Sequence record: SRR31156797_1970
Length of the DNA: 27,465 nt
Reading direction: 5' to 3' (one strand)
This document shows positions 9,786 to 18,166 of this stretch, in pieces. The first letter of the stretch is position 1. Every line of letters begins with the position of its first letter. The notes under the pieces are model-generated. The model was not told the origin of the DNA. It saw nothing but the letters and a program-made list of their open reading frames with translations, and searched no databases. Both the position numbers and the translations under genes were made by a program.

Positions 9786-9867
9786 GAATATTTTGGTTCT
9801 TTATGTTATACACTTAACAACTCTTAAATAACTCTGATATTAGCTTTTAATAAAATTTGAAGATTTG

Positions 9868-11811
9868 CTAATTATTTGATTTTCTTTTTTGGTCTTCTAA
9901 CTCTCTTCTGATGGCATTTTTCATTTTCGTCAGGTTTTCATTCCCTTTTTTCCGATCAATTTTTTTAAAATAATAATCAGCTTTCTCCCATTCGTCCAAT
10001 TGCATGTAAGTGGATGAAATGTTTACCAGCGCCTGGTAATAATCCGGCAAAACCTGAAGTGCAACCAAAAATACATCCTTTGCTTTCTGGTATTCCTGCA
10101 ATTGAAAATATGTTCTTCCTAAATTGTTAATAACCTGTACATGCGTTGGATGAGCTTCAAATGCTTTTTGATAAGCCTCATTTGCTTTTTCAACATTTTC
10201 CAGTTTTGAATAGGCTAAACCGCTGTACCATGCTATGGGCATGGCTTCGGCATCCAGCGTTTTAAATGTTGAAGGAATTGTTTGCGATATATCCAGTAGT
10301 TTATCCCATTGTTTTGTGCGATGATAATTACGAGCCTTTTTCACCTTTGTCTCCATAGTTATTACCGAGGTGGCGTAAATTACACCATAGCCAAGAATCG
10401 CAATTGCAACAATTACAGGAATTGTAAGGTTAAGCTTAATGTTTTTACCATGCCAGCTCCTCTGATAAACTGCAGTTACTGAGGCAATGATCAATGCCAG
10501 GTAGACCTGGTGATTCATTCTTTCAAGTGGAAAAGTAAACAGCGCAACTACCATATAGGCTATCAGTCCGAAAATCATGAACAATGCCAGGTAAAAATCA
10601 TTTCTATTTTTACTGTTCCGGATAATTGATGTACACATCATTAATGTCCAGACAAATACCCCCAGTAAGACCAGAATTCCGAATATCCCTTTTTCAGAAA
10701 TCACCCACAGGTAATCGTTGTGTGGTCTGAGCCAGTTTAACTGGTTTTTGGTAAATCCTGTTTGCCCAAAATAATATCTCGAATTAATTTTCCAGTTGCC
10801 TGCTCCAACGCCAGTCACAAAATGATCCTTTACAAGGTCGATGGTCAGGTTCCAGGTTTTAACCCGGTGTATGTTGTTTTCTTCATTAGGATTGGTGATA
10901 TTTTTAAGCTTATAAATTATTGAATTCTCATCCTTAGCTTCGGTAAAGTACAGGATACTGGTTAAGCCTAATATTCCAACAAGTACGCTGACCCCGGCAA
11001 TTTGACGCAAACGAACTGGAATATTGACTTTCCTGCCACTGATAACCAAAAAACCAAACACAACAACTACTCCCACAGCCATACCAACCCACACCGACCT
11101 GGTTTGCAGGACAAACAAAGCCAGCATTATAAATATGACAATGGCAATAAATCCTGTACGCAATAGTCCTTTCGACTTGTAAACACCTAAACCCAGAAAT
11201 GGTAACATCATCATCAATGCGATCGAAAACTGGTTTTTATGTGCCATGTTACCCCTGACGCTGTATATCCAGGGCAGATTTGAAGAATCCCTTTCTGTCT
11301 TGGCTAAAAGAACAAAGGCATTGTATTCACTAACTCCAACGCCTATTAGATAGATCGCAGGAATGATAAAGAATAACGGGAGTTTTTTCTCCCACTGTTC
11401 TGTATTTGATAGCATCAGGGTCATGACTATCGTAAGGATCAACACCCCAAATGTTTTATTTAGGTCGTAGTTGCCTTCGCGCGGATTGATTGCAAAAGTC
11501 ATCGAAATAGCTGTGATGAGGAAATAGCCGGCTATGAAATAAAAGATTGGATTTCGAATGGAAGCGTATTCAATTTTTGATCGTGCCCTGAAAAACAGGA
11601 AATACACAAGACTTAAAATCAGGACCAGATTTACAAATAGAAGCCTGGGGTGTATGGCGGGATCTAATCCTGCACGGTAATAAACAAACGGCAACCCGAT
11701 AATAAGCAGTCCAAAAAAAAGCATGAAACCAATGTCCCGGGCTTTTGTTTTTTGAGACTGCTTTAGTCTTACAGCCTTTTTGCGGTTTTTCGACTTCTTA
11801 TTACTTCCCAT
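9868..11811 (-). CDS. O-antigen ligase/Wzy_C-family membrane protein with C-terminal TPR repeats
   Basis: Many TM segments; TRSVWVG, R..TW, GVGAGNW, PHNDYL motifs; TPR-like NNLGRTY...EYQKA repeats. Confidence 0.85.
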   Translation of the reverse strand: MGSNKKSKNRKKAVRLKQSQKTKARDIGFMLFFGLLIIGLPFVYYRAGLDPAIHPRLLFVNLVLILSLVYFLFFRARSKIEYASIRNPIFYFIAGYFLITAISMTFAINPREGNYDLNKTFGVLILTIVMTLMLSNTEQWEKKLPLFFIIPAIYLIGVGVSEYNAFVLLAKTERDSSNLPWIYSVRGNMAHKNQFSIALMMMLPFLGLGVYKSKGLLRTGFIAIVIFIMLALFVLQTRSVWVGMAVGVVVVFGFLVISGRKVNIPVRLRQIAGVSVLVGILGLTSILYFTEAKDENSIIYKLKNITNPNEENNIHRVKTWNLTIDLVKDHFVTGVGAGNWKINSRYYFGQTGFTKNQLNWLRPHNDYLWVISEKGIFGILVLLGVFVWTLMMCTSIIRNSKNRNDFYLALFMIFGLIAYMVVALFTFPLERMNHQVYLALIIASVTAVYQRSWHGKNIKLNLTIPVIVAIAILGYGVIYATSVITMETKVKKARNYHRTKQWDKLLDISQTIPSTFKTLDAEAMPIAWYSGLAYSKLENVEKANEAYQKAFEAHPTHVQVINNLGRTYFQLQEYQKAKDVFLVALQVLPDYYQALVNISSTYMQLDEWEKADYYFKKIDRKKGNENLTKMKNAIRRELEDQKRKSNN

Positions 11812-11978
11812 TTCTTCTGTTGGCTTTCTTATGGTTTTCCCCTTGTATATTTCTTAAAGAGTCAAGTTACTGCTTTTGCTTATCCCTGAGTTCCTTCAGG
11901 ATTATTTTTTTTATTTCAGAAGTTCTATCCCGGTATTTCAGTTGCCTGATAGTTTTGAAGCTTTTTAATATTCCTCAA

Positions 11979-11986
11979 CAAATATA
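11979..11986 (-). promoter_or_regulatory. Possible sigmaA -7 element for the O-antigen-ligase-like gene
   Basis: Minus-strand TATATTTG about 170 nt upstream of the ATG; no well-spaced -33 element seen. Confidence 0.35.
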
Positions 11987-12027
11987 GACGGCTTTGACAA
12001 ACTTTAGGAAGATAAATGAATTACTTG

Positions 12028-13182
12028 TTACTTTTTTTTAAAAAGCAACTGAAATGTTGACATTAGAAAAGGTCCAGGCGGAAGCGAAGAAATTATTTTC
12101 ATATCATTGGAAAAGCCTCCTTCTTCGTCCAGAAACCTGAAAAGCTGTTTAATGCTGTTATTTTTAAACATGTACGAAAAAAGTTTTTCTGCAAGGTGTC
12201 CCCTGTTTTTTAGAATATTCAACAGCACAGCATCATAAAACCTGTATTTTGACGAAGAATTTGCGGTTATAACCGGTGTCCTTCCTTTCTCCAGCGCCCT
12301 TACAATGGCCTGCGTGTGTTTCTGGATTCTTGTGAAAGTGTAGCCTGAACTGGGTTTCGAGCTGCCTCCAAGCGACCCGATATTGATGGTATGTTTTCCC
12401 ATTGTAGCCGGAAATTTATAATCTGTCATGGGGATTACACCAAACTCCTGATCAACAATTTTATATTCCCCAATTTGTAAAACTTCGCTGATATGTTTTT
12501 TAATAGCTTCATCATATTTTTGCGGTTCGAGCAAGTTTTCAGAAAACAGGGTGTATTCGATCAGCGCCCGACTTTTATGATGAGGGACTACATAGAAAAA
12601 ACGCATAAAACCATCCTGTGCAGTTCTGAAGTCGAACATGGTAAATGCATCAGGATCAAAAGCTGCGTTTGGTGTTTCGATTACCCAGCCTTTAAAATGT
12701 TGCCTGAGGTAGAGTTTTGATTTTACAGCTTTTACAATTTCATGCTCTTCATAAATGCTGTTAAAGGCCAGATTTGCTTGAAAATCCCCCTGATTTGTTG
12801 AAACTTCTACTCCGGCTTGTAAATCAGAAAAACCTGTGACTGAAGCATTCAGGAATTCAAAATTGGGAAAATCCCTGAGGTGGTTTTTGATAAACCGGTA
12901 AAAATCAATTCCCTGGATTACGGAATACTGGTAATCACCCAGTTCGGATTTTTGCCTATAAAAATTACTTTCAAAGTTGAGTTTTTTAAACCGGTTGCTG
13001 ATGATTTCATTAAATGGAGAAGCCTTACTGTGCCAAAAGCCCCAGGTGCGGTCGTTTTGGTTTTTTTTATCTTTATCAATGATCAGCACCTGTTTATGTT
13101 TAAGTGCTGAGTTACTCAGATAATATGCCAGGCTTAGTCCGGCAGCACCACCCCCGGTTATAATAAAATCATAGTTTTTCAT
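12028..13182 (-). CDS. Lycopene cyclase family (CrtY-like) FAD-dependent protein
   Basis: YDFIITGGGAAGLSLA Rossmann motif, NDRTWGFW, QHFKGW.IET, MFDFR, EFGVIPM, KPSSGYTF. Confidence 0.85.
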   Translation of the reverse strand: MKNYDFIITGGGAAGLSLAYYLSNSALKHKQVLIIDKDKKNQNDRTWGFWHSKASPFNEIISNRFKKLNFESNFYRQKSELGDYQYSVIQGIDFYRFIKNHLRDFPNFEFLNASVTGFSDLQAGVEVSTNQGDFQANLAFNSIYEEHEIVKAVKSKLYLRQHFKGWVIETPNAAFDPDAFTMFDFRTAQDGFMRFFYVVPHHKSRALIEYTLFSENLLEPQKYDEAIKKHISEVLQIGEYKIVDQEFGVIPMTDYKFPATMGKHTINIGSLGGSSKPSSGYTFTRIQKHTQAIVRALEKGRTPVITANSSSKYRFYDAVLLNILKNRGHLAEKLFSYMFKNNSIKQLFRFLDEEGGFSNDMKIISSLPPGPFLMSTFQLLFKKK

Positions 13183-13187
13183 CAGCT

Positions 13188-14081
13188 TTATTCAACAAGA
13201 AGCAAAGCAAGGGCATATTCCACTTTACCTTCATCCAGCCATCTTTTGGCTAAAAGTTGCAGTTCCTCTTCAAGATGAATAGGATCGCTTTTTAATTCTG
13301 AACATAAACCCTGCACCTCTTTTTCTGATTTGATATTCTGGATGTCTTCTGTACCGGGAAGTTCCTCAACATTTCCAAGTCGTCCAAGGTCGTTACCGGT
13401 GAGCACTTTGCTGAATTTTATTTTTTCAGGCAGGTTATCAATTCCAATTCCTTTTCTTGCCAAAGGCTTCTCAACCTCAAAAAGGCTTTCGCCAAACGCT
13501 TTCACGTAATAATCCCCGGCATGACGGCCAACCAGCCTGATTTTTTCAGGATGTGGAAGCCCGTTATCTCCCAGAATTTTTTCATGAAAATGGATCATTT
13601 TGATCTCGCAAATCACAAGGTTTGCTGATCCACCCCTTTCGCTGGTTTCAATTACATCGCGTACCACACACTCAAACTGAACGGGTGATTCCTTCACCCT
13701 GAATGGCCTTATGGTTTCTGAGGGTAGCGGGGTAAATCCCGCTTTGATAAACTCATTCACGCCTTTGTCATATTCAGTGCTGGCAAGACTGGCCTGTTGT
13801 ACAATTTCATAGTTTACCACGTTGATCACCACCTCCGGTACTTCTTTCACATTTTGGTAAGTATGTTTGGTGGTATTGTCGCGGCCACGCCTTGAGGGAG
13901 AAAAAATCAATGTAGTCGGGTTAATCCCAAAAGCGTTGAAAAAGCTAAAGGGAGCCAGGTTCGGGTTGCCATCCTTATCGATGGTGCTGGCAAAGGCAAT
14001 AGGCCGGGGAGCTATTGAACCGAGAATAAATTTATGTAATTGAGGCCCCGCAAGTTCTGTGGGAGATACCTTTTTGATCAT
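13188..14081 (-). CDS. Flavin reductase family protein (DIM6/NTAB-like) with Bacteroidota C-terminal extension
   Basis: IAPRPIAFAST...GNPNLAPFSFFN, KHTYQN, RVKESPVQFEC, VGRHAGDYY. Confidence 0.85.
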   Translation of the reverse strand: MIKKVSPTELAGPQLHKFILGSIAPRPIAFASTIDKDGNPNLAPFSFFNAFGINPTTLIFSPSRRGRDNTTKHTYQNVKEVPEVVINVVNYEIVQQASLASTEYDKGVNEFIKAGFTPLPSETIRPFRVKESPVQFECVVRDVIETSERGGSANLVICEIKMIHFHEKILGDNGLPHPEKIRLVGRHAGDYYVKAFGESLFEVEKPLARKGIGIDNLPEKIKFSKVLTGNDLGRLGNVEELPGTEDIQNIKSEKEVQGLCSELKSDPIHLEEELQLLAKRWLDEGKVEYALALLLVE

Positions 14082-14090
14082 ACGAGTCGA

Positions 14091-14131
14091 TTGTTGGTGT
14101 TGGTTATTCGTTATTGGTTATTCGTTATTTC
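14091..14131. repeat. Degenerate heptamer tandem repeat (TTATT[C/G]G)
   Basis: ttgttgg-tgttgg-ttattcg-ttattgg-ttattcg-ttatttc, ending 9 nt upstream of the flavin reductase ATG. Confidence 0.8.
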
Positions 14132-14235
14132 CAACTTGCTGAAGGTTCTGCGGGATATCCAGACCGCTAAAACTATTTTTCCAGTATCCATATTTGGCAA
14201 GATAAAATTTATAGCAAAGTGATTTGTCTAGCTTG

Positions 14236-14318
14236 TTTTTGACGCTGGAATATTCATCGGACGATTCCAGGTCAGGGTGTGACTTTCAATGGTGCGAGGC
14301 ACATTGAAACGTCAAAAA
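14236..14318. other. Unassigned structured element: perfect four-way junction or alternative two-hairpin fold
   Basis: TTTTTGACG/CGTCAAAAA encloses CTGGAAT/ATTCCAG, GTCA/TGAC and TTTCAAT-g-GTGC/GCAC-ATTGAAA, with no unpaired junction bases. Confidence 0.55.
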
Positions 14319-14419
14319 AAATAAAAAAAAGTTCGACATAAATTATCGGTAATTTACAAAGCAGTTAGTCAGAATTCGGTTATAGGTTACTATGAAATCG
14401 GAAATATACCAACCCACCC

Positions 14420-15706
14420 TTAAAAATCTCTGGCAGGCAGGATGGTAGTTCGGCATTCACCGAATCCAACTCTAACTCCCTCCTTCTCAGCAAAGCCCTT
14501 CATAACAATGGTGTCATGATCCTGGATAAATTTCCGCTCGGTCCCATCCGGCATTTGCAATGGCTTTGTTCCTTTCCAGGAAAGCTCGAGCATAGAACCA
14601 AAAGCTGATGGTGCCGGCCCGCTTATCGTTCCGGAGGCATACATGTCGCCGACATTGATGTTACACCCGGTAACCGTTTGGTGTGCCAACTGCTGAAACA
14701 TGTTCCAGTACATGTGTTTGAAATTTGACCTGCAAACACGGTGTGGTTTGAAGTTCTCATTTTCAAGCAAAACATCCAGTTTGATGTCGTAGTTCGAAGG
14801 GCCGTCAAATTTAAGGTATGGAAGCACCTCAGGCTCCTGTTTTGGGCCCTCAACCTTGTATGGCTCAAACGCATCCAGAGTTACTACCCATGGAGAAATA
14901 ACCGAAGCAAAATTCTTCGACAAAAAAGGCCCCAGTGGCACATATTCCCATTTTTGAATATCACGGGCTGAAAGATCGTTGAAAAGCACAAGTCCAAAAA
15001 TATGATCAGCAGCACCCTTCGGAGAAACCCGATCGCCTAAACTGGTTGCTTTTCCTGTAATGAAAGCCATTTCGAGTTCAAAATCCAATAACCTTGAAGG
15101 GCCAAAAGATGGTGAATCCTGATCGTTGGATTTGGTTTGGCCTACCGGCCGATGAACGTGAGTACCCGACACCACGATAGATGATGCCCTGCCATGATAG
15201 CCAACCGGGATGTGTTTCCAGTTGGGAAGCAACGCATTTTCGGGATCCCGAAACATTTTGCCAACATTGGTAGCATGCTCTTTACTTGAGTAAAAATCGG
15301 TGTAATCGCCCACTTCAACGGGCATCAACACTTCAACCTCATCAATGTGGTGAAAAACACCTTCACGAAAGTCATCAGTATTCCAAATTTCCTCATTTTC
15401 GTAAGTAAAAATATCTGAAAGCTTATCCCTCACTGCTCTCCATATGGGTTTTCCGAGTGCAATAAATGCATTTAAACTGGACTGTTTGAATACACCTGGG
15501 CTCGAAATACCCTCATCAATCAGGTAGCCTTTTTCGGCAATTGCAGCCAGGTCGATCACATGGTCTCCTATCCGGGTGCCGGCTCTGGGTGTTGTTCTGT
15601 TCCTGGGTTTAAATATCCCAAATGGAATATTTTGAATTGGAAAATCACTTCCATCCTCCACCATCAACCAACTTTTCAATTTCGGATTATTTGCTTTTAT
15701 CATCAT
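14420..15706 (-). CDS. fahA: Fumarylacetoacetase
   Basis: SDFPIQNIPFG, GDYTDFYSS.EHATN, YHGRASS, LDFELE, RDIQKWEYVPLGPF, GFGEC. Confidence 0.97.
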   Translation of the reverse strand: MMIKANNPKLKSWLMVEDGSDFPIQNIPFGIFKPRNRTTPRAGTRIGDHVIDLAAIAEKGYLIDEGISSPGVFKQSSLNAFIALGKPIWRAVRDKLSDIFTYENEEIWNTDDFREGVFHHIDEVEVLMPVEVGDYTDFYSSKEHATNVGKMFRDPENALLPNWKHIPVGYHGRASSIVVSGTHVHRPVGQTKSNDQDSPSFGPSRLLDFELEMAFITGKATSLGDRVSPKGAADHIFGLVLFNDLSARDIQKWEYVPLGPFLSKNFASVISPWVVTLDAFEPYKVEGPKQEPEVLPYLKFDGPSNYDIKLDVLLENENFKPHRVCRSNFKHMYWNMFQQLAHQTVTGCNINVGDMYASGTISGPAPSAFGSMLELSWKGTKPLQMPDGTERKFIQDHDTIVMKGFAEKEGVRVGFGECRTTILPARDF

Positions 15707-15811
15707 TTTATTATTGTCCGTTAAAAATGGATGTTCACTTAAACCAATTTATGAAATAATCGGCATAAGCACCTCATAATTAAATAATTTAAATTTAAAA
15801 TCGCAGTGAAA

Positions 15812-16921
15812 TTATAAAGTACCTCTGCGCTCCTGTTCAAGTTCGATGGATTCGAATAAGGCCTTAAAATTACCCTTACCAAACGACCGTGCTCCTTTAC
15901 GCTGAATGATCTCATAAAACACAGTTGGACGATCTTCAACAGGTTTGGTAAAAATCTGAAGCAGGTACCCTTCATCGTCACGATCAACCAAAATACCCAG
16001 ATCGTGTAATTGTTTAACCTGTTCATCAATATCACCAACCCTATCCAGCAAAGTTTCGTAATAGGTATCAGGCACCCTGAGGAACTCTACGCCCCGATCA
16101 CGAAGTTTTGAAACTGTGTCCATGATATCGTCTGTAGCCATGGCTACATGCTGCACTCCGGCACCGGCATAAAAGTCGATGTACTCCTCGATCTGAGATT
16201 TTTTCTTACCTTCTGCAGGCTCATTAATGGGAAATTTGATGCGTTCGTTTCCGTTGGACATTACCTTGCTCATCAAAGCTGTGTAATCCGTGGAAATATC
16301 TTTATCATCAAACGATACGATTTGCTTAAAACCCATGACGTTGGCATAAAAATCAACCCATTTATTCATCTGGCCCCAGTCCACATTTCCCACCATGTGA
16401 TCAACGTATTTCAGCCCAACATCTTCAGGCTGGTAATGGGGTTCCCATTTTTGGTAACCCGGCAGAAACGGGCCATTGTAATTTTTTCGTTCAACAAAAA
16501 TATGAACCGTATCACCATAAGCACGAATTCCTGAGGTAACTACCTCTCCGTGCTCATCTTTATCCACTTTTGGCTCGAAATAAGATATGGCCCCTCGTTT
16601 GGTGGTTTCTTCGTATGATTTTCTCGCATCATCAACCCACAATGCAACCACTTTTACGCCATCGCCGTGCTTGATTTGATGGCCGGCAATTTCACTTTCA
16701 GGATATAATGCCGTGGTAAAAACAAACCTGATCTTATCCTGTTTCAAAACGTAGGATGCGCGATCCTTCAGTCCGGTTTCCAGTCCGGCATAAGCCAAAG
16801 GCTGAAACCCAAAAGCTGTTTGATAATAGTGTGCAGCCTGCTTGGCATTGCCCACATAAAACTCAACATAATCCGTCCCGTTGATCGGAAGAAAATCTAC
16901 TTCATTATTTTGTGTTGTCAT
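15812..16921 (-). CDS. hppD: 4-hydroxyphenylpyruvate dioxygenase
   Basis: Fe ligands in DHMVGN, GVQHVA and FYEIIQR; FGKGNFKALFESIE. Confidence 0.97.
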   Translation of the reverse strand: MTTQNNEVDFLPINGTDYVEFYVGNAKQAAHYYQTAFGFQPLAYAGLETGLKDRASYVLKQDKIRFVFTTALYPESEIAGHQIKHGDGVKVVALWVDDARKSYEETTKRGAISYFEPKVDKDEHGEVVTSGIRAYGDTVHIFVERKNYNGPFLPGYQKWEPHYQPEDVGLKYVDHMVGNVDWGQMNKWVDFYANVMGFKQIVSFDDKDISTDYTALMSKVMSNGNERIKFPINEPAEGKKKSQIEEYIDFYAGAGVQHVAMATDDIMDTVSKLRDRGVEFLRVPDTYYETLLDRVGDIDEQVKQLHDLGILVDRDDEGYLLQIFTKPVEDRPTVFYEIIQRKGARSFGKGNFKALFESIELEQERRGTL

Positions 16922-16970
16922 ACTGCTTAATTTGTTTGGGAAAGTTGATTAAATGTTTAAAAAACATCTT

Positions 16971-18128
16971 TTACTCAACCCATGATTTATAATAGTTTTT
17001 GTCTTCAATTTTTAGTGCGTCTTCTGTGAGTTTCAAGGGCCTGAAGGTATCCACCATCACAGCCAGTTCAGGTGTTTCTTTTTTTCCGATGCTTTTTTCA
17101 ACCGTTCCCGGATGTGGCCCATGGACGATCCCGGTCGGATGGAGTGAGATCATTCCTTTTTCAACATTTTTGCGACTCATAAATTCCCCATCCACGTAGT
17201 AGAGCACCTCATCAGAATCCACATTGCTGTGATTGTAAGGTGCCGGGATGGATTTAGGGTGATAGTCATACAACCGCGGTACAAATGCACATACCACAAA
17301 GGTTGGCGTTTCAAAGGTTTGATGAACCGGCGGTGGTTGGTGTACCCGACCTGTGATCGGCTCAAAGTCATGGATGGAGAACGCATAAGGATAGAGGTAT
17401 CCGTCCCAACCGATCACATCAAAAGGATGTGTTTCGAAATGGTAGGGCCAGATATGATCGTCTCGTTTGATTTTCACCAGGAAATCGCCTTTTTCGTCAA
17501 AAGTTTTGAGGTTTTGAGGCTTTCGAATATCACGTTCACAAAACGGTGAATGCTCAAGCAATTGCCCCACCTTGTTCATGTATCGCTTCGGAAAAGAGAG
17601 TGATGTAAACGACTCGACAATAAATAGGCGATTATCCTCAGTATCGAACTCCAGTTGATAGATTATACCTCTTGGAATGATGAGGTGATCACCATAGCCA
17701 AACCTGATTTGACCATACATCGATTTGAGGGTGCCTTCTCCGCGGTGCACAAAGATCATTTCGTGGGCACCTGAATTCTTAAAAAAATAATCTGTCATCG
17801 ACTTGCGGGGCGCTGCCAGGCTGATATACACATCATCATTGACGAGCACATACTTGCGACTATCCAGATAATCGTCTTCGGGGTCCACATTGAAGCCCAG
17901 AAAACTCCTGTGTTGCATGTTTTGCTCTATGGCCACTTTTGGAGCAACACTATATTCGGGGTTTATTTTAGTGACTCGCGTTGGTTCCCAGGTGTGATAG
18001 ACAAGGGAATAAATATCAGAGAAACCTTCGGTTGAAACCAGTTGCTCGGCGTAGAGGCTGCCGTCCGGTTTTTTGAATTGTGTGTGTCGTTTATGGGGAA
18101 TTTTACCAAGTGTGTGATAATGAGGCAT
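16971..18128 (-). CDS. hmgA: Homogentisate 1,2-dioxygenase
   Basis: HPFDVIGWDG, HQPPPVHQTF, PYNHSNVDSDEVLYY, HGPHPG. Confidence 0.95.
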   Translation of the reverse strand: MPHYHTLGKIPHKRHTQFKKPDGSLYAEQLVSTEGFSDIYSLVYHTWEPTRVTKINPEYSVAPKVAIEQNMQHRSFLGFNVDPEDDYLDSRKYVLVNDDVYISLAAPRKSMTDYFFKNSGAHEMIFVHRGEGTLKSMYGQIRFGYGDHLIIPRGIIYQLEFDTEDNRLFIVESFTSLSFPKRYMNKVGQLLEHSPFCERDIRKPQNLKTFDEKGDFLVKIKRDDHIWPYHFETHPFDVIGWDGYLYPYAFSIHDFEPITGRVHQPPPVHQTFETPTFVVCAFVPRLYDYHPKSIPAPYNHSNVDSDEVLYYVDGEFMSRKNVEKGMISLHPTGIVHGPHPGTVEKSIGKKETPELAVMVDTFRPLKLTEDALKIEDKNYYKSWVE

Positions 18129-18158
18129 GTTGCAAACTATTTAGAACGCGTTTAGCTG

Positions 18159-18166
18159 CAAAAGTA
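18159..18166 (-). promoter_or_regulatory. sigmaA -7 element of hmgA-hppD-fahA
   Basis: Minus-strand TACTTTTG(CA), 30 nt upstream of the hmgA ATG. Confidence 0.65.

Noticed and set aside
11867-11972. Minus-strand Lys/Arg-rich open stretch (ILKSFKTIRQLKYRDRTSEIKKIILKELRDKQKQ) and the + strand ORF 11745-11987
   Set aside because: The minus-strand stretch has an in-frame TGA just upstream and no start codon. The + ORF is antisense with no homology clue. Most likely 5' UTR.
14091-14131. Possible CRISPR array
   Set aside because: The units are 7 nt with no spacers, and there are no cas genes.
14111-14191. Minus-strand 26-aa ORF MDTGKIVLAVWISRRTFSKLEITNNQ (and + ORF 14040-14222)
   Set aside because: They run through the heptamer repeat and have no supporting features.
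14236-14318. tRNA or tRNA pseudogene reading of the cloverleaf
   Set aside because: No D-loop GG, no TTCRA T-loop, no 7-nt anticodon loop and no junction linkers on either strand.
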